A stretch of 59,515 bases of DNA, filler included, from Perkinsus olseni (GCA_013115125.1; 2 parts of 2 records of this genome joined end to end with filler, not necessarily neighbours in it), one strand, 5' to 3'. Shown: positions 13,669 through 26,713, numbered from the whole stretch's first letter. Notes: a model not told the origin generated them from the sequence alone. Numbers and translations: made by a program.

Positions 13669-15137
13669 ATGCCTCACCCCTCGATCGTCATCATGTTGTT
13701 CCTGCACTGTCTGCTCTTCTACAAGGGGTATGCTGCCGTGGGCGGTAGTAATGAAGATGAGAGTCCGGTGAGGAAATGGTTTAGTTATATGATAAACAGC
13801 TTTAAGAAGTTCACTGGCTCTCAGAAGCCGCGTGTAAGTGCAACTGATGTCCAATAATGTTGCAATTGTCACTCATAGTCGCTATTTTGCCTGTGCTATG
13901 AAATACGCTTCGTAATAGACCGACCTCTCCGATTGGCGTGTTGGGTATGATCGATCGTGATCGGAATGGTGACGTTCAGTACCGTCAGTGACTCCGTGTG
14001 TGCTCTGATATTAACTCGCTGTTCAGGAGGAAGCCAGGCCCCAACACCGAATGAAGACATTCTATCAGTCCGGAATGAAGGTGTGTCGTTCTCAGTGCAT
14101 AGACATCCCAGGGTACGATCTTCCTCATTCAGTACCAGCTCGGCGAAGATATCACCGCCATTCCAGAAAAAAGAATTTCGGAAGTTCCAATCTTGACCGA
14201 CTTCGCTTGGCTCGAGCAACTACCCGAGTAGACACCGCCCCGGGTCAACTTTCACGCCCCATCCCTCTAAATGTGTCGGGGACGACGGATCACGAAAGCG
14301 TCGATATGCAGCGATTGTTGATGACCAAGTCATGCGCGGTTTCCTGCTGCAAACGCAACTCAACGTCAGCCTGAGCACCGGCGGAGGGGAAGCTTCCGCG
14401 CATCCGGCTTCGGAGAGGACATTGAAGGAGAATCTTCTGGAAAAGATAAGCAGCCAGCTCGCTGATGAATACGCGACCTTGAAGAAGAGCCGACATGTTT
14501 GCAGCGCTCGTTCGATTCGGATCTTCAAAACCTCGCGTTCCGGGAGTCATGTAGCACTAGAAAGCGTTATTATAAAGCTTAGATCTTGTTTTTCAGCCCG
14601 CGTCTGTGTCTGAGATAACACTCACAATCGATACAACCGACAGGAGTTTCAGAGTTAGCTCCTTGATGGCGGAGCTCAGAAGAGGAAACTTCACGTGAGC
14701 TAGGGGTCCGTTTGAGCTGAACTCCCCTGCCAGAAAAGTCCGTAGGCAGCGCTGGTCGAAACATTCGCTGATGGTCGGCAAGTCTTTTGTTTCTCAGAGA
14801 TGTCGACTTCTCTTTTAACCAACATAAGCTACAGGAGATGCATTCGTACGCGGGTATCCTGTCAGAGCGATCCTCATCGAGGCAGTTGGGTAGGGGACAA
14901 CTGCAGACGATCTGCGAGGAGCAGCTCAACTTGTTCGCAAAATTTGTGGCACCCCGGCGCGGCGTTATCTTCGATACCCTCCCCAAGACTCTGTATGCCG
15001 AGCTTGCGCTCATGTGGCTAACTAATGGCTCGTTCGTTTACCCGGATCGACCAGCATTCAGCGACATCTTGTGTAAGGACGTGGTTCGCGCTCGTGGGTT
15101 TGATGTGTCTGTGCGCGGGACGGGAACGTACCAGTGA
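13669..15137 (+). CDS. Unknown secreted protein family, paralog 4 (one acceptor reads GG instead of AG)
   Basis: MPHPSIVIMLFLHCLLFYKGYAAVGGSNEDES; YQLGE..LTDF, LKKSRHVC, SSLMAELRRGNF, KLQEMHS, ICEEQLNLFA, LYAELALMWLTNGSFVY; orthologous acceptor at 14277-14279 is CGG. Confidence 0.68.
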
Positions 15138-15648
15138 CTGTGGAGAATTCCTCCGTATTTTTTTCGAACCCTGTACTCAGCGTAAATTTACATGTTCTAC
15201 TTTAACAGTTGCAGAGAGCTCTCATAAATTCGCTCCGTCCTCCTGAGTGCTGTCGCGTGGGTGAGTGTCAGCTATACGTTAGCTCAAGAGGGAACACCAA
15301 GAACCGCCCACATGAACTATGAAAGGTTTCGCCTGGGGCGTTCGATTGTGGACAATAACATGTTCAGCGGTAGAACGGAAAAGAAGTTAAGAAAATCGAA
15401 AAACTGGAAGGTTGCTCGTCATCAGCATTCGAGGAATACATCTCCCGCCTCAAGGGTGTTGCTCAACACTATTTCCACTCTAGGTCATACACAGATACGC
15501 GCGTCAGTTACATGCAAGCTGAAAATTCCAGAGGCCGTGATAACAGCTAGTGAAAGTTGCGCCATAATACTCGACGTACGACTCGTTCTCGGAGACTATT
15601 GTGAAGTGCCGACCTCCCCAACCGAACTGTGAACTCAACCGATCAGTG

Positions 15649-17679
15649 CTAAGAGAAACTCGAATGAACTTTCTTCTGTGGCGGCCTGAAGGATACGTTC
15701 TCCTTCGTTGTGCTTGCAAGGAGGACGAAATAGTGCCGCCTGAGGGATGAACTCATCACCATCAGCAGCAGCACGCCCTGACGACTCCCTCACATCATCA
15801 GCTGCCACTCTTCAATCTCGTCGAATATTTCCAAGTGGGCTACTCTGATCTGCTCATCCATGTCGACCATCTACGATCGAATAATCACCGTCACTTTCCC
15901 GAGGCCCCGCCGAGCCCTCACCAGAATGTCGTCGTACACCGTGAGCATATCCTCAGCAACGCAATACTTGAACCCTCGTGCTTCATACCGTTGCCGTTGT
16001 GACTCCACCGTTGGGTACCTAAGCTCAGAGGACGGAAATCCCAATCGGGTAAAGAGATTCGGACCCACTTGTCGAGCCCTAACAGGGGACATCCTCGGTT
16101 CTTCAGATTCTCCATCATAACACGGCCAAAAGGGTCATCGGGGTTGCACTGCTCATAGCTGCAACGAAAAAGAATAGAATCTTTTCCCCTACTCTCACGA
16201 CAAAACTCACGCCAGCACTCGGGCCTCCGCCTCCTTGACGGAGCCGCTCATCCATGACAGCAACCTGTCGCTGGACTCCGGCGGCATGTACCTGACAGTG
16301 AATGTCCCTGCAGCGAAGACGGTATTACGAGGAAGGCCTACACAAGCACGCACTCGGCGATGTACATAGTCGGTACCCCGACGGTTTGGAAACCTGAGGT
16401 GGACCAATGGGCAGTATGCTTAAGGGCAGAAGTCGGTCGTACCAATCTCCGCAAGGGCAGCGGAAACCGTCTCGACTGATCTCAGATCGCAGCAGGCCGA
16501 TCTGTACTCGTCCGCTCGGATGCATCGCGCGCCGCAACCTGAAGACCGTATCTTGCCCACCCATGATGGATGCAAGGTTAACGACGACAGCAGTACAACT
16601 CAGGTGCGTAGCAATTTCGTACTTTCGGAAAAAAATCTCATTTTTTGCGACTTGCATATTTGGTTCACCCAGTACTAACGTATGGCAACGTCTCAAGCCG
16701 CCAGAAGAGCGTCCACGTCCCACCTGGGCGCCCCAGACGACTCACCGTCCTTGACTAGCAAATCATCATCACCCTTAGAATTCCCAAGGCAACTCCATAG
16801 GGCCTCTCGCCTCATTACCATACCTAAAGCGGCAACATCAGTGAAACGGTGGACGATAAAATTGCATCGCCGATCGCCGGAGCGCTTACTCGATTTCCGG
16901 TCCACTACTTCAGGCATGTCAAGCTCGAGATACCTGGCGCTGAATCAGGAATATTTCGGAACAACCTTCGCTACCCGAGTCGGATTCCCTTCACCTCCTC
17001 TTGTTCCCTCAGCCACCAGTAAGTGGTGTCCAGCCCGGCTCCGAGGGAGACTATCTGACATAACGTGAGGTTCAGCGAGCAAGCACATCTGCAGGCGCCG
17101 AGTTAATGTGAGAAGTGTCGCTAGAATCGTACGGGATTCAACTTTGGACCGCGGTTGCGATCGGCTATAGGTATTGACTGTGTCTACCATTCCCTGGGTC
17201 TACCTGTACCGTATCTTTGCCACCCTTCTTGGCATCATCGATAAAGTTTAGTATAGCATCCCGCATGGCCTGCACTCTAGCGAAGTAACCCCGGTTAATG
17301 ACAGGCTGACGATGAGCACTGTGACTGAAATCACGAACAGTCCGTACACAGGGGAACGCCTTAACTCCACTGCTACCGGCACATCTGCATAATATACGGG
17401 TCGCTGTAGTAACCCTTACTGACGGCACTCCACTTGCTCTCAGCAGCCTCGTCTGCTGTCCTTTGGATCTGCCAGGCAAGGCCATGATAACCATTCCTTC
17501 GACCTACCCGATACTACCGGTTCCTCATCCCCTACTCCACCACAGCTGAAGACGGGCGCCTCCCTTCCTCCGTCTCCTGGCGGGAAGTCCCCCATGGACG
17601 CCGATGATGAGCGGCCTCTTGCAGACGTTGGGGGTATTGACTCGTCCAAGGTAGTGTCCTCTCCTATAGTCGGTAACAT
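15649..17679 (-). CDS. LCMT1: Leucine carboxyl methyltransferase (LCMT1/PPM1, PP2A C-terminal methylase), multi-exon
   Basis: Exons encode PVINRGYFARV, IVSLGAGLDTTYWWL, YLELDMPEV, AECVL.YMPPESS, YEQCNPDDPFGRVMMENL..RGCPL and LEIFDEIEEWQLMMRHY; 3' end approximate. Confidence 0.88.
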
Positions 17680-18040
17680 TGTACTACAAAAAGGATACTG
17701 AGAGAAGAACTTCCCAGCATTCGTTGTAATAATTCAGAATGTCGTTAATCATGTCGTCTTGAATAAGAACTTGATCAACGTCAGTCTACTGGCGTCCCTG
17801 CACATCATCACCTCCATCGAAAGGCTCACACCGCCTTAACAATCTCTGTCACAGCGCCCAGAGCCCCCATGCGTCTCAAGGAATCAGCGAAAATGTAAAG
17901 GCCGTCAGTGAAGAACAATTTGAGCATGCCCGCGACCCTTGACTGAACTGAGAACGCAACCAATCGAACTTATGGCAGATGCTACTGGGGCTGTTCATAT
18001 ACTTTGGAAACATCATCAGCAGCAGGTATGTTGATAGTAT

Positions 18041-19120
18041 TTAATACTTATATTTCGTACCTGAAATCGAACAACTCCCGAGAGATTGAGTAAAAGGAAG
18101 CCTACTGTAGTCCTTCGGTGAGACAACTAAACCGCGCCCCTTCCTCGCTCCTCTGTAAATGACTTCGAGGATGTCAATGAATTCCTGACAAAACCCATCA
18201 GTCGCTAGTCCGAGTCCGGTAGCGCCAGAACCGACCTGTTTGTTGTTCATGGGCCAGTTGATCTTGTTATTGTTACCAGTACCCAAATCGATCATCATAT
18301 GCTTGTTCCTGTAACGGAGACCGGCAGCCTCATCCACGCCCAGCAAAGCACTACTATGAAACTCAAGAATTCCGCTAGTGCCACTGATTCTCCCGAGCTC
18401 CGAACAGTTACGCGGCGAGTTTTCTCATGAAGCTTGAGATCACGGACAGCCCACATGTGCGAGATAGCTTTTCGACAGTGACCTCCACGAGTCCAGTTTC
18501 ACAAAAATGGCTAAACTGTCGACGGGACTTCTGTGGAGCACATTTTTGCCTTTTGATTTCAGTAGCTCGAACGCGGCCGTTACAGAGATCGCACGGTAAG
18601 CAACAGAATCGAAGCAAACTTACCGATAGAAAAACATGACTGTTACAGGGTCATACAGCTCATACATTGTATTGAAATCAGGGACCTCCCTGGTGTCAAC
18701 CTGAAAAAAGACATCTGTGGGATTCGAACCGGGGACCTTCTCCTACCAAGTATATAGCTGCGAAGTTCTTGACATCCTCCGCGCAGTTGTAGAGGACCTC
18801 ATCCATTTGCATGCATTGGGGATCGTAGTCATGACCGAACCTACATGGTAGCTTCACATCACTCAAACCAGTACGGACGCTAACGACCTGCGAACTCGAC
18901 CTCGACTTAAAACAATACACGAGCGCACAGCGAAGATTCTTTCATCAGGAACTCGCTATTAACGAGCCCATTGGCCGGCGGTTTTTGATTCCATCATAAG
19001 CTGCGAGCACTCTGTAGTTTCTCCCAGTCCTTACCGTATGCAGACCAGTCGTTCCTCCTCCCCTAGGATGGCCTGGTCGACAGCCCAGCCAGAGTGGAGA
19101 TGGGGTAGCATGTACGCCAT
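18041..19120 (-). CDS. TXNL4A: Dim1 / U5 snRNP 15 kDa thioredoxin-like protein (multi-exon)
   Basis: MAYMLPHLHSGWAVDQAILGEEERLVCIRFGHD..CMQMDEVL..EVPDFNTMYELYDP..FFYRNKHMMIDLGTGNNNKINW..RGARKGRGLVVSPKDYSTKYKY, essentially the universal Dim1 sequence. Confidence 0.98.
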
Positions 19121-19256
19121 AGTGACAAGAGATAAGCGTAACAACACTGAGAATGCAAGAGTCACCACGGCAGATAGTAAACACGAAAAAATGTAGTGGA
19201 AAGCATATAACAAATACTGACAGCTAATGGTATACAACATCAACACAGGCGTGACA

Positions 19257-20932
19257 TCAGGAGCTCTCCGATACTTGACCGTACAAACACAAAAATACGC
19301 CGAATAAGATCAACATGCTACCCATTGACGTGTACCTACACGAGAGGAGGCTCATGAGAGCTGCTGATCGAGGGTGCACCAACCTGTCTGGGAGAGTCTT
19401 GTTGAGACACAGGGCTTCTGTGAGGGCTGTAAATCCGAAGGAAAGGGAATTCGCCGCGGGCACTGCTATGGACAGATCGTGACTACCTGAGATCAACGAC
19501 CGACAAATCTTGAGGAAGCACTTGAGTTACTATCGAGTCGCTAATATACACAGACAGCCTGTGGCACAGAGCGTTTATAAAAAATGTGTGCGGGTTCCTC
19601 GAGGTTATTGTGATTCGTGAACGACTCGTCATGACAGTGTTTCGTCATTGTAAGTGATACGGCTGAAACTGGCAATCTAACACAATGATACGCAAAACAG
19701 AGATCTAGTATATTTCCCCTGCGCCGTACAGGAGAACTATACGTTCCAGCGAGTAGTCCTCCTCGGTTTGGGAGTTCATTCTCTCTCATCGAGCAACGCG
19801 ATGGGAGTTCGTCAACCCATGACAGCAGGCATCGAACTTCATTGGCTTCGCTGTCTCGCTTGTGAACAACGTCTTTCAAAGTTCGCAGTGCCTTCTTGTT
19901 CACGCTCTCTCTTCTATCCAAAAGCATTTTAATACTGGAATATCTGCTTTTCTCAACTCGACTCGGAATGAGGCACCAAGACCGCCGTTTATTGCTGAAG
20001 CGACGTTGGTCTCCCCGCTCTCGAACGTCTCGAAAGAATAGACCATCACGTTCGAGAACCGCCACGGCAGCAAGCCATTCCCTGACTGAATCAACAACTT
20101 GCTGGCTTTCATCAAGTGTTCTCTGAGTAGTATCAGTGTGCGCAGAGTAGACACCTTGAGACTCGCACGTCGGGACCGAGCCAGAGTGCCGGCTACGCAG
20201 AAGGCCGTCTCAGCGGAAACCGTGCTCGCCGGTTTACTGCTCAACGCCTAAGGGAGCCTCTCAAACATCGGCATGTCCGCCCAACTCTGCCCAATCCAGA
20301 ACTGCTCGATATTTCAAAATCTTACATCCAGAACACGGAAATGTAACAGCAGCCAAAGCATGGCCGGACTACCCTCGTTCTATGAAACGCATCGCCCGCA
20401 ACCATGCAGGCCCATAGATGCGTCACCCCAGGGCAGGCTTCCGGAACCATATGATGTGATTTGACTCTAGGTGGTACTGGGTATCACCACTGACGTGCAG
20501 AACCCGACGCACGGGCTCGAACGGGGGATCTCGCGGCGGCAGCCTCCAGGCCATGTAACGCCAAAAGGTAAGCTCATCGATATGCTAGAACAACGTAGTA
20601 CTAAGAGCCTATCTGGTCGAATGGCTCACAAAACAGTCCATGAAAATTTATATGAAGGGAGCTCCACTCGGCCATTTTTCACTTTAGCACTCACCTAATA
20701 AATAGTAGTAGCCTACCGATCCTGCCTGGTTTATCGCGTACGCCAACAGGAACTTCCATCTTAACAGTAGCCGCCAGAGGCCCAGAAGAATCTGTCGCCA
20801 CTTCGGCAAGCAGAGCTCTTCGGGACTGAGCGAGTCACTCGAAGCATCTTTCAAAAAGGGCGTTGTAGACCCCCAAAGGAAACCGACCAGTAGGAAGGAC
20901 AAGAAAGTCTGCCCAGCTGATGATGATGCCAT
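19257..20932 (-). CDS. TMEM234: TMEM234-family small membrane protein (3 exons; 1208-nt intron 19487-20694)
   Basis: LLVGFLWGSTTPFLK..WKFLLAYAINQAGSVGYYYLLG|SHDLSIAVPAANSLSFGFTAL..GSMLILFGVFLC, the TMEM234 signature. Confidence 0.88.
19830..20315 (-). mobile_element. Decayed hAT-superfamily transposase fragments inside the TMEM234 intron
   Basis: Minus frame reads IEQFWIGQSWADMPMFERLP*ALSSKPASTVSAETAFCVAGTLARSRRASLKVSTLRTLILLREH, the hAT C-terminal dimerisation pattern (W..P.L...L..PAS...ER.FS.AG....R..L) with an internal stop; nearby SRYSSIKMLLDR resembles TRWNS..ML.R. Confidence 0.7.
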
Positions 20933-21189
20933 TAGCAGGCAGTAAAACAAGGCTGGCAAACGTTACCCATACAACTTCACAAGCGCAGCAAACCGTGAGG
21001 GAAGAAACCATTCTAAAAGAGGTGACTACTGAAAGTGATGCTCTACCCGACAGTACTACCATCCGAAAAATGCTGCAATCCGAGTTCTCCTACAACTGCC
21101 ACTGGCCCGAAATCTCCAACCAAAATTCTGTCGAATGCGAAACGGCTCAATAGAAACAGCAAATTACAGTTGTTTAGGTCTCTGAGTGC

Positions 21190-24100
21190 TCAGTGCTGAG
21201 GGAGAGAGGCACCGGTCCACTTAGCTAGCTTTTGGACCTCAGGCAGCTGCATGACGTTCTGCACCATCCCTACACCGGTCATCGTCACTGGCTTGCTCAG
21301 AAGATATTTCTGAGCCACTCGTCGAACCTCATCTGAATAAAACCGAATGAATGAACTCACAAACGCTCTCTACAGCAGAGTCATTCGAAGAAGGTGAATC
21401 TCATATTACAGTGATCGATTTGGTCCAGCCTCTTCACGAATTCGGCCGGGCTAATACGACGACCATAGACCAAAAGCTGCCTACCGATGTCCTCAGCAAC
21501 ACCTAACAAAATAAAAACAAGGCTGCGATGTTGAGGCACAGAAGACCTTCCTTGGCATTGAGAACACCGCTTTGTAATGATTTTACATAGTAACATGGGA
21601 TTATAATGCTATGTTAGTACTACTGCTAATCTATGTACTCCATCCGATCATCCGATCCGATCAACAACAACGACGACCACGCAAATGGCCTCAACAACAG
21701 GCGTCTTCCTATCGGACAGAATAATCTTTATGAAGAAATCATAACTATCTCGGTACAAAATCTCGACGGCATCTACTATTTGCGTTTCATGCATTCCTCT
21801 CACGCTGACCACGTCCACTAGATCGTTTCCCATGACCCCACCTGTAGTATCGTCGAGCCCAATGAAGAGAGTGGTGAGGAGCTGCTTCTTAGCTCTCTCG
21901 AGATCCTCTTCCGTAATACTGTACGACAGGCTGCTGATGCTGCACATGAGCTCGTCTAAAACAACAAGCGATGATTATCCACTGTCTTTCCTTCTGCCCT
22001 CTCACCAATGGCTCTGTTGACCGCTTGCTCCGGACTGGCTACGTAAAAACCAAAGAGACCAGTATCCTTGTAGCACGTATTGAAGGCGGTAAACGAATCT
22101 GAAAACCGCGTCGAGATCATCTCCCACCAATGCGTGCCATCAGCTCAGCGCTCCCTTCACTATGGAGGGTGATGACGACAGTCATATTGATGAGTAATTC
22201 GACCATATTGAACCGGAGCTCAGAGAATCAATTCTCCCCTATCGGTACGCAGCGTCGTTCAATGAGCACCCGGTCAGTACCAATCCATGTAGCTGAGCCT
22301 TCCCCGCTAGGAGACCTTGCCACGGCTTGGATAGACGAGTTGGCCGACAGTGTAGGAGGGATCAAACCTATCACGCACACTGTGAAAACACTTGAGGATC
22401 CCCTGGGATACCACCTTGGAAGGCCGAGTTGTAGCCGCCCAATATCTGCTGCATGAGCATGAATGTGATGCAGTCCGGGCTGGTCCACGGCACGCCTTCA
22501 AACGCTACCGCTACATGTGAGGAAGGGCCCAAAGCTTCCGTCCTAAAAACAGCGGTGGGATACACAAGGCAGTTCGCCTTGGATACGAGGGCTAACGACA
22601 ATCATACTAAGGACAACTTCGCGAGCATACTGATGTCCTAATACAATATAATACTATATACCACAATCAAATGATAGTTAATAATATTAGTGGCACCCTC
22701 TCTTTCAAAGGCTAATATTTTCAACTCCGAGCGATCCACGTCTCCACCCTGGAACTACGCAGATAACAACTCCGAGGACACGAAATGAGGCTTCGAGACC
22801 GCCCGCCGAGGTTCTGAAGACTTGGGTAAGTTACCAAACTTCTCAGCAGCCTGAAAGAGGACGGCAATACAGCCATCGATACAGCAGTACACGAGTCGTG
22901 CGACACAATGGGCAGAGCTTAAACTCGCGAACTTCGATTGGGGCTTCCAATTTGGAGCCAACTCCTCCGAGGGGAATTACGCCTTCTGATGAAGCATCTT
23001 TCTGAGATCCTGACTCAGTGTTCCTAATGTTACCAGTGACCGGGTTACTGATGATAAGCTACTCATTACTGATGAGCGATCCCCCTGCCCTCGTACACAT
23101 TTGACAATCTCCTCATGATCGACTGGTCCAGCAGCTGCCACTACCATCCTGTCAGCCTTGTAGTTGGTTGATATATAATCTACCAAGTTGTCTCGATTGA
23201 TGGAGCGGATATTCTCCACAGGTCCGAGGATCGTGTATCTGCAAGCTTCGGCTACCATCCCTTTTACGGAAAGCCGTCATGATATCGGCCAAAATCGCAA
23301 TCAAAAAGCATAGTAGAACGCGATTCTTCAACCCGCAAAATCATATAGCGGACTGCCTAAGTGTACCAGCCGAAGTCTAGCCGGGGATTCCAACCCATCG
23401 TGGCCAGTCTATATTTTATGCTACTGTCACAGCTTCAACGTATCGACCTAGATAGCCACACTACTACCCTAAAGGATCTTCACGGAAGCATGCTATGTGC
23501 AGCTGATCGTAGATGACCTCCTCAAGTGACTTGTTAACCTCTTCCATCTCCCGCAGTATGACACCCCTTTCCTGCTCACCAATCGATGATACTCAGATTG
23601 ACAGCAGTAGCAGCAGTACCTCCTCGATAGCTCGCCGTTCGAGCTTGGAATGTTGTAGGATATCCGACAGAATATCCAGACCCTGGCCCACACATTCACG
23701 TCGCGTCTTAGCGTAGTATCTGATCCAGGACGACTGATGTGGATTAATCGACCTTGCCAAGCGCCATGGTAACAATAAGATACTACACAGGTGGTACACC
23801 TATGAAACGGTCCACTCGCGATCACTAGGCCTACTGCGGTGCTACTCGCCATTGCAAACGCTTTGAACTTCGTCCCCCCTTCAATGCGCTCTTTTCCCGA
23901 TAACAGTGTTGCTACGATAGGGAAACAGTGCACAGTCGAACGGCCACTGCAACTATAAGACGCCAGCGGCCCTGTTCCTGGACTACACCGTTTGTTCTCG
24001 AGAAGTGTATGCATTAAGATGTGCTCCGATGTCCTCAACTTCCCTCTCCAGCTGGATTCTCGACCTCCTCTGCGTGCCCTTGAATGCCAAATGCTCTAGG

Positions 24101-24788
24101 AAATGAGCCGTACCTGGACGATCACCCCAATGACCATCGCATGAACAAGTCATGTAGTATCGGGTAAAATCGTAGCTCGTTACTATAGTTGTCGAACGCA
24201 CGACGTAGAAGCCGGTCAGAATCCCAAAACGAATGAATCTTGATGAGATTCAACCATCACTGCGGCCAAGGCTAACAGTTAGGCTGGAGCCCCTTTTGTA
24301 ACGGCGAATTAGGCCCAACTGCAGCTCCCCTCAGGAGATGGATAGTGCTTAATACTAGCATTACTAAACTACCCTAGAGGTGTCCTACTGTTCAGCTACT
24401 CGTCAGTATGATACTGGTGAATATCAACTTATTCCGGACGCCAGCGTGCGTATAGCACGTAACCCCGAGTAATACCATTGGTTTGCTTGGTCTCATATCT
24501 GGAGCCCGCGTCAATCCACACACCAACAGTAGCAGACTGTGTGAAGGTGTGCTGGGTAGCAACACGCAGACCATTCGGGAGGGTAGTTACCTATCAGAAA
24601 AACTGATAGAAAAAGAGGAAAATGGCAAATGCTACCTTGGTAGGCGGGGCATTGTACAGGGCATCGCCGAGACTAGCCGACATACTGCTTATCGTACGAC
24701 TATTGAGGAACCCCTTTCGACCAGCGGCGGTCAGTACTGCTGGGCCCAAACTGTGGGCAAAGTAAGGCACGCTTTTCTGTACCAGCAT
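21190..24788 (-). CDS. PMPCB: Mitochondrial processing peptidase beta subunit (M16B), multi-exon
   Basis: Basic presequence, then [38 protein letters not shown] (HxxEH), [59 protein letters not shown]; ends PQH-TGA at 21190. Confidence 0.95.
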
Positions 24789-25399
24789 GTTGACGACGTA
24801 AAGGGTTATGAAAAACTGAAGAAACACAGATGATAACACCCACGCAAGAGGTAACTCTATCGAACGAAAGAATACACTAGTCCAAATATGCGCTCGTGAG
24901 AACAAAGTAAGTTACTGCTACCGTTACAACTACTAACCTTCCTGGACAAATTACCTACACCAATGGAACAAAGCATGGGCGGCAAATCGTGGCTTTCCCC
25001 ACAGACAAAAATGAGAATTCAGGGCTCGGTGATGATGCCGACGTCCTCCGCACTAGATCAACACAAGTAGCGCGTATAGATGAAAACAACTCAGTTCGCT
25101 GAGAAAAAGCGAAGCAATCAATGATGCTGGAGCCAAGCACGACATGGAGGGCCGCAGCGGGCCATGCCTCGGCACTCGTTCGAACGGCGAGAACGGGAAA
25201 ATTGGCATGGTATGTCGGTTGTGACTCACAAGTAGCGATTTATATGAGACCTTCTTACGGAGATAGCGCTAGGGGCTGCAAGCTCAGTAGGGCGGGAGCT
25301 GAAGCAAAGGTACAGTTACACCGCGGAGGGGTTCGATCAACCACCATCATCCGCGGTGAAAAACTTGTCTACAGGTGGACTGTATAACAGAATCGAGGG

Positions 25400-26713
25400 T
25401 TAGAAGAAGTCCCGGATAGCTAAATACGTACCGAATACCATCGCCGCTGCTGCCACGACCAACAGGGACCGTTGATGCCACGTCTTCCAAGCGGCCTGCT
25501 TCACATGACTTAGCTGAAGGACTCTCCAGTAGTAAACAGTTGGGTAAACCAACGCTATGAGAACAACAAAAACAGCGCTCAACAAGTTGACCAGCTTGTC
25601 TACGCTCGGCACCAAAAGCGCGATCAACGCGCAGAGCGCGACCAGACCGACACGACATGTACAACGGACGGCTTCGCCCACAGCAGGACTCTTCCATCTG
25701 CTCTTGTCATCTAACTTTAATAGAGTATCGCTCAGCTGGGCAGTAGGGGAGAAGAGGACCAGGAAGTGAGTGCCAACCAGAACGATAGTGCTGGCATTGA
25801 TGAGCCAGGAATAGATGGTCCAATCAGCTCTGTTTGGTGGGGTAAACGCTTCGACCATGGTGTCATACTTGCTGATCCCGTCGCCAAAAGCGAGGTATCC
25901 GGCAACGGTAATAGCAAAATACACCACAGCCACAATTACAAAGGAAATCCAGGCTACTTTAGGGAACGTTTGAGGCCTGTAGACATCCTTAATGATAGTA
26001 GGAACAGTGATACTGACGTTATAGGAGAGAAGGAAGGTGCAGAAAACCGCTACGAGCTGCACTGGACTGCCTGATAGAATGTAAGTGACTTCCTCTGGAC
26101 CTTCTTCCTCTCCTTCAGGAGGACCGTTAATATACCGATCCAAGCTAGCTAAGACCACTAACACTACGATAGCAGCTACCGAGGCGACACCGAGAGCCGA
26201 GAGAACGCCAACTTCCTTCATAGTCGGTAGGCACGCGAATGGCGCAATGACGAGGGAAACTATCAGCAACCAGAGATTGTATGACAGCACATCGGTCATG
26301 TTGTACATACTGGTAGACAATAGTATAAGAAATACCGCACAGGCAGCAATGAGTAGAGGGTGGAGAGTGACCGAGTTCATCACGGTCGCCAGACGACCGT
26401 AGCAGATTCGCCCCAGTTCTTCAAAGGACCGTATAACATGCTGGGGGTTTTCAGGGTTGAGACAAAGCGCATGGCAAAGTAGCACTACGTTGTAGTACAC
26501 AAAGGCAGCTGCTACGATCAGCAAAATACAACCGCTGACCCAACCAGCTCGACCGAAGGCCATAGGAAGCGTCATGATACCCAAACCGATTGCAGTCATG
26601 ACGAGATTAAAGACGGCCTTGGCATTGGAACAGCCATTAGGTACTATGATCTCGGCTTTGTAAGATTCCCCGATCTTAAATAATACGGACGAGGTAGGCG
26701 AGCCCGGTGACAT
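25400..26713 (-). CDS. Amino acid/auxin permease family (Aa_trans) transporter, intronless, 437 aa
   Basis: AVFNLVMTAIGLGIMTLPMAFGRAGW motif, SFEELGRICYG, GYLAFG and about 11 hydrophobic segments; single open ORF. Confidence 0.92.
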   Translation of the reverse strand: MSPGSPTSSVLFKIGESYKAEIIVPNGCSNAKAVFNLVMTAIGLGIMTLPMAFGRAGWVSGCILLIVAAAFVYYNVVLLCHALCLNPENPQHVIRSFEELGRICYGRLATVMNSVTLHPLLIAACAVFLILLSTSMYNMTDVLSYNLWLLIVSLVIAPFACLPTMKEVGVLSALGVASVAAIVVLVVLASLDRYINGPPEGEEEGPEEVTYILSGSPVQLVAVFCTFLLSYNVSITVPTIIKDVYRPQTFPKVAWISFVIVAVVYFAITVAGYLAFGDGISKYDTMVEAFTPPNRADWTIYSWLINASTIVLVGTHFLVLFSPTAQLSDTLLKLDDKSRWKSPAVGEAVRCTCRVGLVALCALIALLVPSVDKLVNLLSAVFVVLIALVYPTVYYWRVLQLSHVKQAAWKTWHQRSLLVVAAAAMVFGTYLAIRDFF

